Shown here piece by piece: positions 1 to 10,358 of a DNA stretch of 47,670 nucleotides. Position 1 is the first letter of the stretch; each line of letters starts with the position of its first letter. The stretch is from contig CAYIUF010000004.1 in NCBI GenBank assembly GCA_964366515.1, forward strand, positions 1-47,670. The letters run 5' to 3'. This stretch comes from an uncultured Gammaproteobacteria bacterium. Its GTDB lineage: Bacteria > Patescibacteriota > Microgenomatia > UBA8517 > UBA10165. The position numbers were made by a program, and so were the translations under genes. The notes under the pieces were generated by a model that was given only the letters and a program-made list of their open reading frames with translations, was not told the DNA's origin and did not search any database.

Positions 1-77
1 TTAAGAAGTTTTTTTTCACTTGGTTTTGATTTTATAAATGGTATATCATTGGGTCGGCATGAGCAATAATCCTTGTC

Positions 78-782
78 ATGGTTAACAAACTCTACGGTTA
101 TTTGAAAATTTATGGGCCTAAGCTATTCTTGAAAAACGTGATAGGAGAATTGCGGATGATAGGAAGAGGTCCATTGCAAAACTCATATAGTCAAAACTCT
201 GAGGATATTTTTATTGATGATATTCTTGGAAATAAAAAGGTTGGGTTTTATGTCGATGTCGGCGCATACGATCCGACAAGACTTAGTAATACAAAGAGAT
301 TTTACCTGCGCGGATGGAGTGGCATTAATATCGAGCCAGATCCTAAGAAAATAACTAGATTTTATAAGCATAGGCCTCGAGATATAAACTTAAACTTGGG
401 GATAGCAAACAAAATCGGTAAACTTACATATTATAAATTTCAACCTGAGACTCTTTCAACATTTTCAAGTCAAGCTGCAAATGGTTATAAAAAAGAGGGA
501 TTTAAGTTAATTGGCACATCTAAAATAAGCGTACGCAAACTGAGCGACATTTTTTCTGGTTACTGTAATGACAAACATATAGATTTTTTAAGCGTGGATG
601 TCGAAGGTTATGACTTTGAGGTACTGAAAAGTAATGACTGGAAGAAATATAGACCAACTTTGATTTGTGTAGAGTCAAATCCAATAAGCGATATGGCTAT
701 AGAAAGTTTGTTCACAAAAGTTGGTTACAAGAAAGTTGGCAAAAATCATAATAACTTAATCTTTATGAACAAAAGCGCCTAG
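78..782 (+). CDS. FkbM-family (Methyltransf_21) SAM methyltransferase
   Basis: YSQxxED, GFYVDVGA, WSGINIEP and IDFLSVDVEGYD motifs typical of the FkbM family. Confidence 0.9.
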   Translation: MVNKLYGYLKIYGPKLFLKNVIGELRMIGRGPLQNSYSQNSEDIFIDDILGNKKVGFYVDVGAYDPTRLSNTKRFYLRGWSGINIEPDPKKITRFYKHRPRDINLNLGIANKIGKLTYYKFQPETLSTFSSQAANGYKKEGFKLIGTSKISVRKLSDIFSGYCNDKHIDFLSVDVEGYDFEVLKSNDWKKYRPTLICVESNPISDMAIESLFTKVGYKKVGKNHNNLIFMNKSA

Positions 783-801
783 TTTAAAAATTCCGTAGCG
801 T

Positions 802-1974
802 TTATTCGATTGATTCGGAAAGTGCCTTTTCGAAAACATTATCCCAGTCGAATTGTTTTGAGTAGTTATAAGCATTTTTTGAGAATTGTTGGAGCTTTTT
901 TGTATCTTTCAAAAGATTGATTGCCTTCGTGGCAAAGTCGTATTCGTCATATTCCGAGATAATCCCACACTGCTTTTTAAGCAGATCTTGGGCTATAGGT
1001 GGGACATTAGTTAAAACAACCGGTAATCTGGCTCCTAAATAGTTTTTTATTTTTGCTGGATCTGCCCAGTTGGTAAAACTTCCTGCGTCCGGTTTGTACA
1101 TTGCAATGGCAAGAATACTTTCTGACAAAATCTTTTCAACCTCTTGGTGGTCCTCAATATATCCTGTAAATCTAACTTTGTTTTGTAATTTAAGTTTAGA
1201 AACCAACTTTATTAGTTTTTGCTCGTACTCACCTGTTCCAATTATTACCAGCCTTGCTTGAGGAACATGTTTCAGGATCCTGGGGAATGCTTCAATCACA
1301 ATATCTATGCCTTGTTTCTCTAGAAGGTGTCCCATAAAAACAAGCTGGAATCTTTTCTTTTGACTAAATGGCACAACACGAAATCGCTTTAGCCATAATC
1401 CGAGTGGCACTACTATCTGTTGAGTGTAACCTTTGGGTCTATTCGGAAGCACTTTTCCTCTTGCACCTGCCATAACTTGCGAAACGTTCCATACAATTTT
1501 GCATTCTTCCAGACACTTTTTGTCAAAATAGTGATAAAGCCCATTTAAGACAGGGTTTTTAAATCTTTGCGGTAAGTAATCGATCGTGTACAAAACCACA
1601 TCCTTTACTTTTCCCCACTTTTTCAAAAGCAGTCCAAGGAACGCAGTGAAATTGTCAGAACCTATAAATAAGTCAGTCTTTTCTTTTTTTGTTCCGACCC
1701 AAAGCATGGTATAAAACGCGTCTTTTAAATAGAGAAGCACTTCAGGAAGTACCCATTCAATTGCCTTATGTTCTTTTGTCAACTCTCCACTTTTATACAA
1801 TCGATAAAATGACCTTTTGTCTTTTCTGAAAGAAAATGGGTGGCCTACAAAGAATAGACTTTTTATTTTTTCCTTCAAATAGTCTTCTAGGTCCAGGGCT
1901 GGGCCAGAGGAAAAAATATGAGAAGCGATACAAATGTTTTTTTTAGAGAGCTTTTGGAGCAATTTCTTTTTCAT
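802..1974 (-). CDS. GT4 (GT-B) glycosyltransferase
   Basis: [23 protein letters not shown] and [15 protein letters not shown] in a C-terminal Glycos_transf_1-like domain. Confidence 0.85.
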   Translation of the reverse strand: MKKKLLQKLSKKNICIASHIFSSGPALDLEDYLKEKIKSLFFVGHPFSFRKDKRSFYRLYKSGELTKEHKAIEWVLPEVLLYLKDAFYTMLWVGTKKEKTDLFIGSDNFTAFLGLLLKKWGKVKDVVLYTIDYLPQRFKNPVLNGLYHYFDKKCLEECKIVWNVSQVMAGARGKVLPNRPKGYTQQIVVPLGLWLKRFRVVPFSQKKRFQLVFMGHLLEKQGIDIVIEAFPRILKHVPQARLVIIGTGEYEQKLIKLVSKLKLQNKVRFTGYIEDHQEVEKILSESILAIAMYKPDAGSFTNWADPAKIKNYLGARLPVVLTNVPPIAQDLLKKQCGIISEYDEYDFATKAINLLKDTKKLQQFSKNAYNYSKQFDWDNVFEKALSESIE

Positions 1975-2896
1975 ACCATTCTATTGTTGTAGCCAAACCG
2001 TCTTCAAATGGAGTTGTGGACTTAAATCCAAATTCGTTTTCTGCGAGGGAGGTATCTAACTTCCTACGCAGTTGGCCGTCGGGTTTTGAGGTGTTGAATA
2101 CAATATTGCCCTTGTATCTTGATAATTTGGCAATAAGTTCAGCCAGCTCTCGAATTGATATCTCGAATGCAGAACCCAAATTAACAGGGTCTGGTTTATT
2201 ATAGTGTTCCAAGGCTAAAACAATGCCTTCTGCCGCATCTTTAACATATAAAAATTCCCTTGTGGGCTTGCCCGAGCCCCACACTTCTGCTTGGGGAAGG
2301 TTGCTTACTCGGGCTTCATGAAATTTGCGGATCAAAGCGGGGATAACATGCGAGTCTTCCGGATCAAAATTGTCCCCTTCTCCATAAAGATTAACAGGCA
2401 GGAGATAGATTGCATTGAAACCATACTGCTTACGATAAGCCTGGGATTGCACTAGAAGCATTTTTTTTGCAAGACCGTAGGGGGCATTTGTCTCTTCAGG
2501 ATAGCCCTTCCACAAGTCTTCTTCTCTAAAGGGAACTTGTGTGTCGGAGGGGTACGCGCACACTGTTCCAACCGCCACAAATTTATCTACTCCCGCAATA
2601 CGTCCTTCCTCCATCATATGCACACCCATTGCAAGGTTGTCATAGAACAAAGTGCCAGGAAATCTTTGGTTCTTGCCTATCCCCCCCACGTTTGCAGCAA
2701 GGTGAATCACAGAATTCATCCCCTTGACAACTCTTTCGCAATCGTCAGCTTTCCGAAGATCGAGTCCTTGTGCAGTACGGGGGACCTGGATATTTTCACC
2801 GGTGGCCCCTTGATTTTTTAGAGCCTCAACCACATGAGTTCCCAAAAAACCGCCTCCACCTGTAACTAGTATCTCTTTGCCTCGAATATAGTTCAT
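1943..2896 (-). CDS. fcl: GDP-L-fucose synthase-like (GDP-4-keto-6-deoxy-sugar epimerase/reductase)
   Basis: [21 protein letters not shown] (YxxxK), [16 protein letters not shown] and [13 protein letters not shown] motifs. Confidence 0.88.
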   Translation of the reverse strand: MNYIRGKEILVTGGGGFLGTHVVEALKNQGATGENIQVPRTAQGLDLRKADDCERVVKGMNSVIHLAANVGGIGKNQRFPGTLFYDNLAMGVHMMEEGRIAGVDKFVAVGTVCAYPSDTQVPFREEDLWKGYPEETNAPYGLAKKMLLVQSQAYRKQYGFNAIYLLPVNLYGEGDNFDPEDSHVIPALIRKFHEARVSNLPQAEVWGSGKPTREFLYVKDAAEGIVLALEHYNKPDPVNLGSAFEISIRELAELIAKLSRYKGNIVFNTSKPDGQLRRKLDTSLAENEFGFKSTTPFEDGLATTIEWYEKEIAPKAL

Positions 2897-3708
2897 TTTC
2901 TAAAATTTCCGTAAACAAACCCTGCAAAAGCTCCGGCCATTTCTAGAGATCTTACAAAAATCATTCCTGCCGACAGTATAGGGTGAGCAATTAGCTTTTT
3001 CCACTTTTTTAGAAAAACGGGGCGGAAGAGAAGATTTCCGTGGGTTGCTATTTTTTCTGGATGCCTCTTCCAGTAAACGCTAGCGCCGGAAGCATAGTAA
3101 AACTTCTTTTTTGCAGATTTCCAAGGATTAAATGTCCTTTCATTGTGTAGGATATACGATTTTGTTGCCGCCATCTTTACACCTGCCTTTTTCATACGGA
3201 CCGGTAAATCCCAATCTTCAGGACCGGTAATGGTAAGGTCATACCCCTCGAATTTGTTGAATAAAGTTTTCCTAAAAACTCGCGCGGCTTCTATTGAATC
3301 TTCGCCAACGTAGAACTCACGCTCGAACACCTTAAACTGTGTCCAAAAACCTTTACCGAAAGACCGTTCTGGAATTATAACTGCACCCACAGTTTTGTTG
3401 TTTAATAATCCTACCGCCTCTTTTGCAATATTTGGCTCAAGCTGCATATCTGCGTCTAAAATTACCACAAACTCTCCCTTTGACTTCTCAACTCCGAGGT
3501 TTCGCTGTGCGGATCGCTCTGGGCCTTTTGTAAACACAAGTTTTGTGTATTCTCTTGCTATATCACAGGTACTATCTGTTGAGCTGTTGTCCACAAGAAT
3601 CGTTTCGTGATTTTTATAAGTTTGGGTTTTTATGCTTTCCAGAAGATCGCGGATAACCTCCTCTTCATTCTTGGTTGTGATAACAAAAGAAACAAGAGGA
3701 TTTGCCAT
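2893..3708 (-). CDS. GT2 glycosyltransferase
   Basis: [21 protein letters not shown] and GPEDWD motifs; start placed at ATG 3708, 8 nt after a TAGAAT box. Confidence 0.87.
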   Translation of the reverse strand: MANPLVSFVITTKNEEEVIRDLLESIKTQTYKNHETILVDNSSTDSTCDIAREYTKLVFTKGPERSAQRNLGVEKSKGEFVVILDADMQLEPNIAKEAVGLLNNKTVGAVIIPERSFGKGFWTQFKVFEREFYVGEDSIEAARVFRKTLFNKFEGYDLTITGPEDWDLPVRMKKAGVKMAATKSYILHNERTFNPWKSAKKKFYYASGASVYWKRHPEKIATHGNLLFRPVFLKKWKKLIAHPILSAGMIFVRSLEMAGAFAGFVYGNFRK

Positions 3709-3738
3709 TAGGTTCAATTCTAGCGTAAAATCTACGGT
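3709..3738. promoter_or_regulatory. Back-to-back divergent -10 elements (putative leaderless promoters)
   Basis: TAGAAT (minus, 3717-3722) 8 nt before ATG 3708; TAAAAT (plus, 3726-3731) 7 nt before ATG 3739; no Shine-Dalgarno. Confidence 0.6.
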
Positions 3739-4683
3739 ATGGCTACTAAACTTGACCTCTCATTTGTAATTCCAGCAAAAAACGAGGAGGGGTCTGTACA
3801 AGCACTTTACCGGGAGATTGTTTCAGTTGTTCGAACTTTGAAGAAGTCTTACGAGATAATTTTTGTCGACGATGGCTCAACCGATGGCACGTTTGAGAAA
3901 ATGAAGGCTATACACAAGAAAGATGGAAATGTTAAAGTTATTAGATTCCGCGGGAATTTTGGAAAGTCTGCGGCCCTACAAGCAGGGTTTGAAAAGGCAC
4001 AAGGAGATATTGTTTTTACAATGGATGCAGATCTTCAGGACAACCCTTCTGAAATTCCTAACTTCTTGGAGAAATTGGATAAGGGTTATGATCTGGTAAC
4101 TGGCTGGAAAAGAAAAAGGCTTGATCCCTCTGTTAAGGTTATACCTTCTAGAATTTTGAATAATTTCTTAACACCACTTCTTACTGGTGTTAAGTTGCAT
4201 GATATAAATTGTGGGTTTAAGGCTTACAGGCTTGAAGTTGTTAAGAGCTTGAATCTCTATGGAGAGCTTTATCGTTTTATTCCTGTTTTTGCTGTCAAAC
4301 AAGCATATCGCGTCGCTGAGATTCCAGTTGACCATCGGGCAAGACAATATGGTGTTTCAAAATTTGGGTGGGAGAGAAATATTAAGGGATTTTTAGACCT
4401 TTTAACAATTTATTTCTTGACAAGTTATACAAAACGACCAGGACATTTTTTTGGAAGCTTAGGATTAGCATCGTTTTTCTTCGGATTTCTAATTGGAGTC
4501 TATATAACATTTTTGCGTGTAACCACAGGAAACATCCAAGGGAGGCATCCTCTTTTATATCTTGGAGTCCTTTTGATAATTGTGGGTGTTCAGTTTGTTT
4601 CAACTGGTCTATTGGCAGAGATGCTTATTGCCTCAAGAGGAAAAATAGATTACTCTGCCAACATAAGGCAGGTCATAGAATGA
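3739..4683 (+). CDS. Polyprenyl-phosphate glycosyltransferase (GT2, ArnC/GtrB/DPM1-like) with two C-terminal TM helices
   Basis: VDDGSTD, RGNFGKSAAL, MDADLQD, HDINCGFKAYR and ELYRFIP motifs; hydrophobic C-terminal pair. Confidence 0.9.
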   Translation: MATKLDLSFVIPAKNEEGSVQALYREIVSVVRTLKKSYEIIFVDDGSTDGTFEKMKAIHKKDGNVKVIRFRGNFGKSAALQAGFEKAQGDIVFTMDADLQDNPSEIPNFLEKLDKGYDLVTGWKRKRLDPSVKVIPSRILNNFLTPLLTGVKLHDINCGFKAYRLEVVKSLNLYGELYRFIPVFAVKQAYRVAEIPVDHRARQYGVSKFGWERNIKGFLDLLTIYFLTSYTKRPGHFFGSLGLASFFFGFLIGVYITFLRVTTGNIQGRHPLLYLGVLLIIVGVQFVSTGLLAEMLIASRGKIDYSANIRQVIE

Positions 4684-4729
4684 CCATAAGACAGTTCATA
4701 GAATGACCATAAAAGAAGTTATCGAATGA
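4661..4729 (+). repeat. Three imperfect tandem 23-bp units, each ending in ATGA
   Basis: acataaggcaggtcatagaatga / ccataagacagttcatagaatga / ccataaaagaagttatcgaatga. Confidence 0.85.
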
Positions 4730-5442
4730 AAAGAGCCCCAAGTATTTCCGTATTTTTCCCCTGCTACAACGACGCAAAGACTATTGGCGGTCTGGTTACT
4801 GATGCTTTGAACACATTAAGAAAAATTACAAAAAATTATGAGGTTATTGTTGTTAACGATGGTTCACCTGATAACTCCGCTGAGGTGTTGGCTGATTTAT
4901 CAAAGAAATATAAACACCTAAAAGTAGTTACTCACAAGAAAAATCGCGGATACGGAGGGGCCTTGAGAAGTGGGTTCGCCACTGCGAAAAAAAGTTTAGT
5001 TTTTTACACAGATGGTGATGCACAGTATGATGTAAAGGAATTGCCGCTCCTATTGTCACTCATGACATCTGATGTAAATTTCGTAAACGGTATTAAAATG
5101 AGGCGCGGAGACGATGAATACCGAGTAATCGCAGGGAATCTACATAAGTTCACTAGTCGCTGGCTATTCTGGCTTCCTATATATGATGTAGATTGCGATT
5201 TTCGCTTGATTAGGAAAAGCATCGTTGATCGTCTGCGCCTAAAATCAAACAGCGGATCCATTTGTATAGAACTTGTGAAGAAGGCTGAACGGGCTGGCGG
5301 GATATTTAGGCAAGTTTCCGTACATCATTACGACAGAAAACACGGGCAGTCACAATTTTTTAGACTAGACAGGATTCTTATAACTTATTTAGATATTGCC
5401 AGATTGTGGCTTAGGCTTATGGTTTGGGACAAATTCTCTTAA
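4726..5442 (+). CDS. GT2 DPM1-like polyprenyl-phosphate glycosyltransferase
   Basis: VNDGSPD, NRGYGGAL, TDGDAQYD and DVDCDFRL motifs. Confidence 0.85.
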   Translation: MKRAPSISVFFPCYNDAKTIGGLVTDALNTLRKITKNYEVIVVNDGSPDNSAEVLADLSKKYKHLKVVTHKKNRGYGGALRSGFATAKKSLVFYTDGDAQYDVKELPLLLSLMTSDVNFVNGIKMRRGDDEYRVIAGNLHKFTSRWLFWLPIYDVDCDFRLIRKSIVDRLRLKSNSGSICIELVKKAERAGGIFRQVSVHHYDRKHGQSQFFRLDRILITYLDIARLWLRLMVWDKFS

Positions 5443-6170
5443 TGCAACTTTCTGAATACGAGAACATCTATAAAAATGAGGGGTCGCATTTTTTTTATGT
5501 TGCAAACCACCATATTATTCTCACTTTTGTAAAAAAGTACCTAAAGACTCCAAGGATGGCAACCCAGATTTTAGACGCTGGGTGCGGAACTGGACTGCTT
5601 GCAAAAAAACTTGGCCAATTTGGAAAAGTATCTGCGATCGATATAAGCCCTGAGGCGATTAGATTCTCAAAAAAAAGAGGTGTTCAAGCAAGGCAGGGTT
5701 CAATAAACAAGATTCCTTTTGGAGCTGGCACGTTTGACCTTGTTGTGTCTATGGATGTTCTTTACCATAAGAAGGTTGATGACAAAAATGCTTTAAGAGA
5801 GTTCTATAGAGTCCTAAAACCTGGTGGGGTTTTAATCCTGAGGGTATCTGCCAATAAATGGTTGAGTCTCAATCATGATAAACATGTGCATGCAAGACAG
5901 CGGTATTCGATGGGTGAAGTTAAAAATAAAACTCTAAAAGCGGGATTTAAACTGGAAAAGGTTTCGTACGTAAATATGGTGCTGTTGCCGCTTGCTATTG
6001 TAAAACAGTTTATTGAGACCATTATTGAGGAGAAAGAAACTGTTTCTGGTGTAAGGTCGAGTGGATTTCTCAACACTATGCTTTTATCAATACTATCTAT
6101 TGAGCCAATGCTTATTTCACATATCAATCTTCCTTTCGGTTTAGGTATTGTTGTGGTTGGACGAAAGTGA
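5442..6170 (+). CDS. Class I SAM-dependent methyltransferase
   Basis: ILDAGCGTG, FDLVV and RVLKPGG motifs; ATG overlaps the upstream TAA (TAATG). Confidence 0.88.
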   Translation: MQLSEYENIYKNEGSHFFYVANHHIILTFVKKYLKTPRMATQILDAGCGTGLLAKKLGQFGKVSAIDISPEAIRFSKKRGVQARQGSINKIPFGAGTFDLVVSMDVLYHKKVDDKNALREFYRVLKPGGVLILRVSANKWLSLNHDKHVHARQRYSMGEVKNKTLKAGFKLEKVSYVNMVLLPLAIVKQFIETIIEEKETVSGVRSSGFLNTMLLSILSIEPMLISHINLPFGLGIVVVGRK

Positions 6171-6181
6171 GGAGTTAGAAT

Positions 6182-8365
6182 CTATTTAAAATAGTATAAT
6201 TTTGTTTTTTTTATTTGTGTCATGCATGTGTCTGCTGGAGATAGGTAGAAATTTATATACTGTGCCGCTTGTCCAACAAAGGGTTCTATAAGCTTTCCTG
6301 CTTCGGGCTCTGTTCCCTGAATCTTAATACTAGCCTCTTCAGGCAGTACACCTGGTATCCTTTCCCACTGTTGCCCATTTTTTGAGACCATAAAATACCC
6401 CCACGCCAGCTCAGAACAGCCAGTATCATCATATTCTATTTCCAGGCGAGACAGCTTTACTGGCTTGCCAATATCAAAAGACACGGCTCCATCGTTTTTT
6501 GTATATTTTAAGTCGTTCTGTACGTCCTCGTCTCTCCACTCTGGCCTAAGATGTTCCTTGTCATTTTTCCAAATCTTTAAGATTGGAACACTATCAACTG
6601 TTATTTCGTATACAGGTATAACCAGTTTGTCTAAGTATGTATCATAGTAAGAGCGGTTGTCTGTACCATGGAATCTTAGTGAGATCACATATTCACCCTT
6701 TTGAAGATACCCGCTTCTGCTAATTTTATAATCTATATCTGGACGTATAAAGGTGCCAGGAATATTGCTTAAGATTTCAACACCAAGGGTCAACGTTGCG
6801 CCAGGTTCAGCATTCTTGTTGATCCACTGGATCGCCTCTCTATATGGAGCTCCAAAAGTTACACCCCAGCCAGGAATGTTGCGGTCTTTGGCGCCTTTCA
6901 GGCCACCTGCAAGAGAGTTAAAGTAGACATTTTCGTTAGGATGGATTTCAATAAGTTTGACTACAATAGGGACAAATAGGAGCAGTATAAGAAACTGAGG
7001 TGCCCAAATGGCGAGATGATTGTGCGGTTTACTCAGTTTAATCGCATAACCATAAACCCATATGACTATTTGTTTTGCTCCAATTCCTACAAATATTGCA
7101 AGAGCGGGTATGTACTCCATGATTTGTCTAACTCCACCGTAAATATTTGTACCGGGCCAGGTTACTCGTGCTACCGGAACTATTAGCCAAAGTAAGAAAA
7201 GTAAGGGTGTCATGTCTTTATCGTCAAATTTTCTAAATGCAATTGATATAACTCCTATTGCTGCTATGAATAATATTGCAAGCGGGGTTGTATATAAGAT
7301 CCATTGGATTGCGTAAGTGTTTATTCCCATTGGACCAATAAAACGCTCGTCAAAGCCACCTGACGTACCTATGGTTTTATAGAAATCTACGATTCTTGCA
7401 ATCTTGTATCCTGGATCGGACCAAAACTCAGGCCAAGTTCCAAGAAAAATAGAAATTCCAATGATTGGAGCAACAATCGCTGCAATTACAATCTTTATGT
7501 TTTTTTTGAGGAATGTGCGAATGGAAAGATTTTTCGGGCTCTTGCTAGCTAAATAAACAACAAGCCACGGCGTGATAACAAATACCGAGAACAAAATATT
7601 AAACTTTGTTCCTAACGCGAGCCCAAAGAATAAGCCAGAGGCAAGAAGCCATTTCCAGCTCTTGGTTGTAACCCCTTTCCAAGCTGAGAACAACATAAAA
7701 CTCCAAAAAACAGTTTCTGGGATATCCTTTTCGTTATTAAAATGTGATTCGGCCCAAAAAAGTGGATAAACTGAAAGCGATAAAGCGGCTACAACTCCAG
7801 CGAACCGTCCATATAATTTTGCGGTCCACCAAAAGACTAAACCTACTAATAGACTTGCTAACAGAACTCCATATATACGGTACGAATCAATATCGTTTAA
7901 TACTCCAAGCTTTTGATATAGTATCCGGTTAAATACAGAAGCCAAAACGTCGCTTATATGCGGGTGTCCGAAATCATAACGCTCTATGTTTCGAAATATT
8001 TCATCAGGATATTGGAAGATGCTTATTCTCGGTAACTCACTTCTGGGGATATCGGGGCTGAAAAGTATTGTGTCTGGATTTTGAAAATATAACCTATGTC
8101 TTGGCGCTTCATTATTGGCAGTCTTTGCTTGAACATCCTTCTCTTTCTTTGTATATAAATTCCAGTTTTCTACTCGAGTAAGGTCTTTGTCTCCGGTAAG
8201 GTAGTAATGAAGAAATGCTTGGCCTCTTGAAAGATGGCTTGCTGCATCCCAGTTAATGCCATAATCTTTTAACGTAAATAAGGCTATTACCAAGAACGAT
8301 ATGGAAACGAGAATTGAAAGAAGTAAGTTTCGATTAATTTGCAAGATCTTCATATATTTTTCCAA
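6182..8365 (-). CDS. GT-C-fold membrane glycosyltransferase (PMT/ArnT-like) with large soluble C-terminal domains
   Basis: YGINWD after the first TM, multiple TM helices, NxKD, ALGTKFN and YGGVRQI motifs; ~250-aa hydrophilic C-terminus; clear paralog of 17761-19920. Confidence 0.75.
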   Translation of the reverse strand: MEKYMKILQINRNLLLSILVSISFLVIALFTLKDYGINWDAASHLSRGQAFLHYYLTGDKDLTRVENWNLYTKKEKDVQAKTANNEAPRHRLYFQNPDTILFSPDIPRSELPRISIFQYPDEIFRNIERYDFGHPHISDVLASVFNRILYQKLGVLNDIDSYRIYGVLLASLLVGLVFWWTAKLYGRFAGVVAALSLSVYPLFWAESHFNNEKDIPETVFWSFMLFSAWKGVTTKSWKWLLASGLFFGLALGTKFNILFSVFVITPWLVVYLASKSPKNLSIRTFLKKNIKIVIAAIVAPIIGISIFLGTWPEFWSDPGYKIARIVDFYKTIGTSGGFDERFIGPMGINTYAIQWILYTTPLAILFIAAIGVISIAFRKFDDKDMTPLLFLLWLIVPVARVTWPGTNIYGGVRQIMEYIPALAIFVGIGAKQIVIWVYGYAIKLSKPHNHLAIWAPQFLILLLFVPIVVKLIEIHPNENVYFNSLAGGLKGAKDRNIPGWGVTFGAPYREAIQWINKNAEPGATLTLGVEILSNIPGTFIRPDIDYKISRSGYLQKGEYVISLRFHGTDNRSYYDTYLDKLVIPVYEITVDSVPILKIWKNDKEHLRPEWRDEDVQNDLKYTKNDGAVSFDIGKPVKLSRLEIEYDDTGCSELAWGYFMVSKNGQQWERIPGVLPEEASIKIQGTEPEAGKLIEPFVGQAAQYINFYLSPADTCMTQIKKTKLYYFK

Positions 8366-9557
8366 ATCTTGCGCTGGTTTTTTTCCAAGGATATTTTTCT
8401 CGTATCAGTTCTAAACCATTTTTCGATAGTTTTTCTCTTAGTGTGTTATCCGAAAAGATGGAAATTATATTCCTTGCAAGTGCTTTATAGTCTTTTTCTT
8501 CAAATAAGAGGCCATTTGTCTTTCCATCCACAGAATCTACCAGCCCACCCGATCTGCTTGCCACAACTGGAGTTCCAGAGGCCCTCGCCTCTAAAACAAC
8601 ATTCCCTTGCCCTTCTCTTTCTCCTGTTTCTGGGATAGTTATAGATGGAGAAACAACAACATCTGCGGAAGCATAAACTGTGGGCAACATGCCTGGGCCT
8701 AGTGACCCTAAGAGCTGCATGTTTTTGTCTACCCCTAAATGTTTTGCCAATTCTCTCAAGTTTCCTTCTTCTGGTCCTTTCCCGACTATTAAAAGACTTG
8801 TTTCAGGAAATTTCTTTAAAACTCTTGGCAACGCACGAACTAGGTATTCAAACCCCTTCCACTTAATGAGCCTGCCAACGCCTAAAATTATCTTTGAATT
8901 ATTCCCAAATTGTTTTTTCCAGTCGAGATCTTTGTTCTTCTTATCAAACTCTTTAATGTCTACTCCCATATGGACTATTGCTGCATTTGTTTTTGGATAC
9001 ACTTTTAGAACTTCCTCATATGTTGCCGAGCTGTTTGCTGTACAAATGTCACAATATTTGAGGATGAAGCCTTTTATGAAGTTCGTCTTTTTGACAGCAA
9101 AAATGTCGGTGCCATGAACTGTAATGACGACGGGCTTCCTAAACATAAACTTTGCGATTATTGCAACAAGCCCTTGGGGAATAATCCAGTTTGCGTGGAT
9201 TAGATCATAATTTCCCGAAGCCATAAGCCTTAATGTCGATAAGAGCTCAGCCAATACAAATGTAACTACTTGAATTGCGCCTAGGAGTTTTCTTTTTTTG
9301 CTAGTATAAAGCACACCCTCACCCGAAGTTAGAATTTGCAAAGATGGAGGGAAAAAATAGGTAAACCTCTTTACTTTTATTCCTTCAAGAGTTTCTGAGG
9401 ATTTTGCTCCAGGTGCGCTTGGAGCAAGAACCGTAATATCATACTTCTTCAAGTCCATATTGCTATATATGGATAAGACTGCCCGTTGCCACCAATCCTC
9501 CTTATGTCTTGGGAACGAGCTTGTTAGAACTAGTACTCTAATCTTTTTTGCTGTCAT
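8334..9557 (-). CDS. GT4 glycosyltransferase
   Basis: HANW, VGRLIKWKG and EGQGNVVLEA (ExxxxxxxE) motifs. Confidence 0.9.
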   Translation of the reverse strand: MTAKKIRVLVLTSSFPRHKEDWWQRAVLSIYSNMDLKKYDITVLAPSAPGAKSSETLEGIKVKRFTYFFPPSLQILTSGEGVLYTSKKRKLLGAIQVVTFVLAELLSTLRLMASGNYDLIHANWIIPQGLVAIIAKFMFRKPVVITVHGTDIFAVKKTNFIKGFILKYCDICTANSSATYEEVLKVYPKTNAAIVHMGVDIKEFDKKNKDLDWKKQFGNNSKIILGVGRLIKWKGFEYLVRALPRVLKKFPETSLLIVGKGPEEGNLRELAKHLGVDKNMQLLGSLGPGMLPTVYASADVVVSPSITIPETGEREGQGNVVLEARASGTPVVASRSGGLVDSVDGKTNGLLFEEKDYKALARNIISIFSDNTLREKLSKNGLELIREKYPWKKTSARFGKIYEDLAN

Positions 9558-10327
9558 GATTTCTTTTTTGCGACAATTAAGTATTCAAGAGGAAAGTAAT
9601 TTGGATATTTGGGGAATATTTTTGATAGCTCGTTAAGTATCAGTATTAGTAAATTGCTTAACATGATTGCGGGTATAGAAAACAAAATTAATGGAATTAA
9701 CAAAAGGAGTGAGGTGAATTTAAAATCGTTTAATAATATATCGTTTATTCTCTTGACTAGAAATGTATTTAAAAGCTGCAGCCAGAACTCAAAAAAACCT
9801 CCTTGTGCTTTTAACTTAACAACGTTGAGCGATGCCTCGCTTGCGAAACTTTTTAGAGCTGTTTTAGTATATCTTCCCCAATCGTAAGGCATATCGTGGA
9901 GTGGGTATAGAAATGGCACTGAGACAATAAGCACTCCCCCGGGCTTAAGCACCCTCCCTGCTTCCTTTATAACTTTTTCTGGAGAGTCGACATGTTCTAG
10001 AACTTGAATTAGGAGTGCAGTGTCGAAAGTGTTATTTTGAAAGGGAAGTTCTTTTGCATCTGCTAGCACGTCAGGGGGTTTATCAGAGGTGTAAAGTTTT
10101 GAAACTTTCGGGTGGTCTACTCCGACATATGAATCTACGAGAGGTTCGAATTCTCCCTTATGTGGCATTCGACCACAGCCGATATCGATAAGTTTTCCTT
10201 TTGCGTATTTTTTGGCAACTTCCACTGCTTCTCTCTGGAATTTTATTACAGTAAATTGCGGGTGGATAATTGTTCCGCCCAAAACCTCCGTAAAAACAAC
10301 CCACAGTCTTTTTGTTAAGTTTTTCAT
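9554..10327 (-). CDS. Class I SAM-dependent methyltransferase (Methyltransf_11)
   Basis: IDIGCG, QVLEH, RVLKPGG and PFLYPLHxxPYD motifs; start placed at ATG 10327 behind a TATATT box. Confidence 0.87.
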   Translation of the reverse strand: MKNLTKRLWVVFTEVLGGTIIHPQFTVIKFQREAVEVAKKYAKGKLIDIGCGRMPHKGEFEPLVDSYVGVDHPKVSKLYTSDKPPDVLADAKELPFQNNTFDTALLIQVLEHVDSPEKVIKEAGRVLKPGGVLIVSVPFLYPLHDMPYDWGRYTKTALKSFASEASLNVVKLKAQGGFFEFWLQLLNTFLVKRINDILLNDFKFTSLLLLIPLILFSIPAIMLSNLLILILNELSKIFPKYPNYFPLEYLIVAKKKS

Positions 10328-10358
10328 TGTCAGCAATATATATGTTACCATTAGCCTC
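10328..10358. promoter_or_regulatory. Divergent -10 pair (putative leaderless promoters)
   Basis: TATATT (minus, 10335-10340) 7 nt before ATG 10327; TG-n-TACCAT (plus, 10343-10351) 7 nt before GTG 10359. Confidence 0.55.

Noticed and set aside
1-19. Possible start (GTG AAA AAA AAC...) of a minus-strand gene leaving the window, preceded by TAAAAT
   Set aside because: Only six codons are visible; cannot be called
4661-4729. 23-bp repeats as a mini-CRISPR
   Set aside because: Units are directly adjacent with no spacers and no cas genes
7005-7070. Degenerate ~8-nt periodic, inverted-looking stretch (IWVYGYAI...HNHLAIW) in the 727-aa GT-C
   Set aside because: Resembles a decayed short tandem repeat but is too degenerate to support
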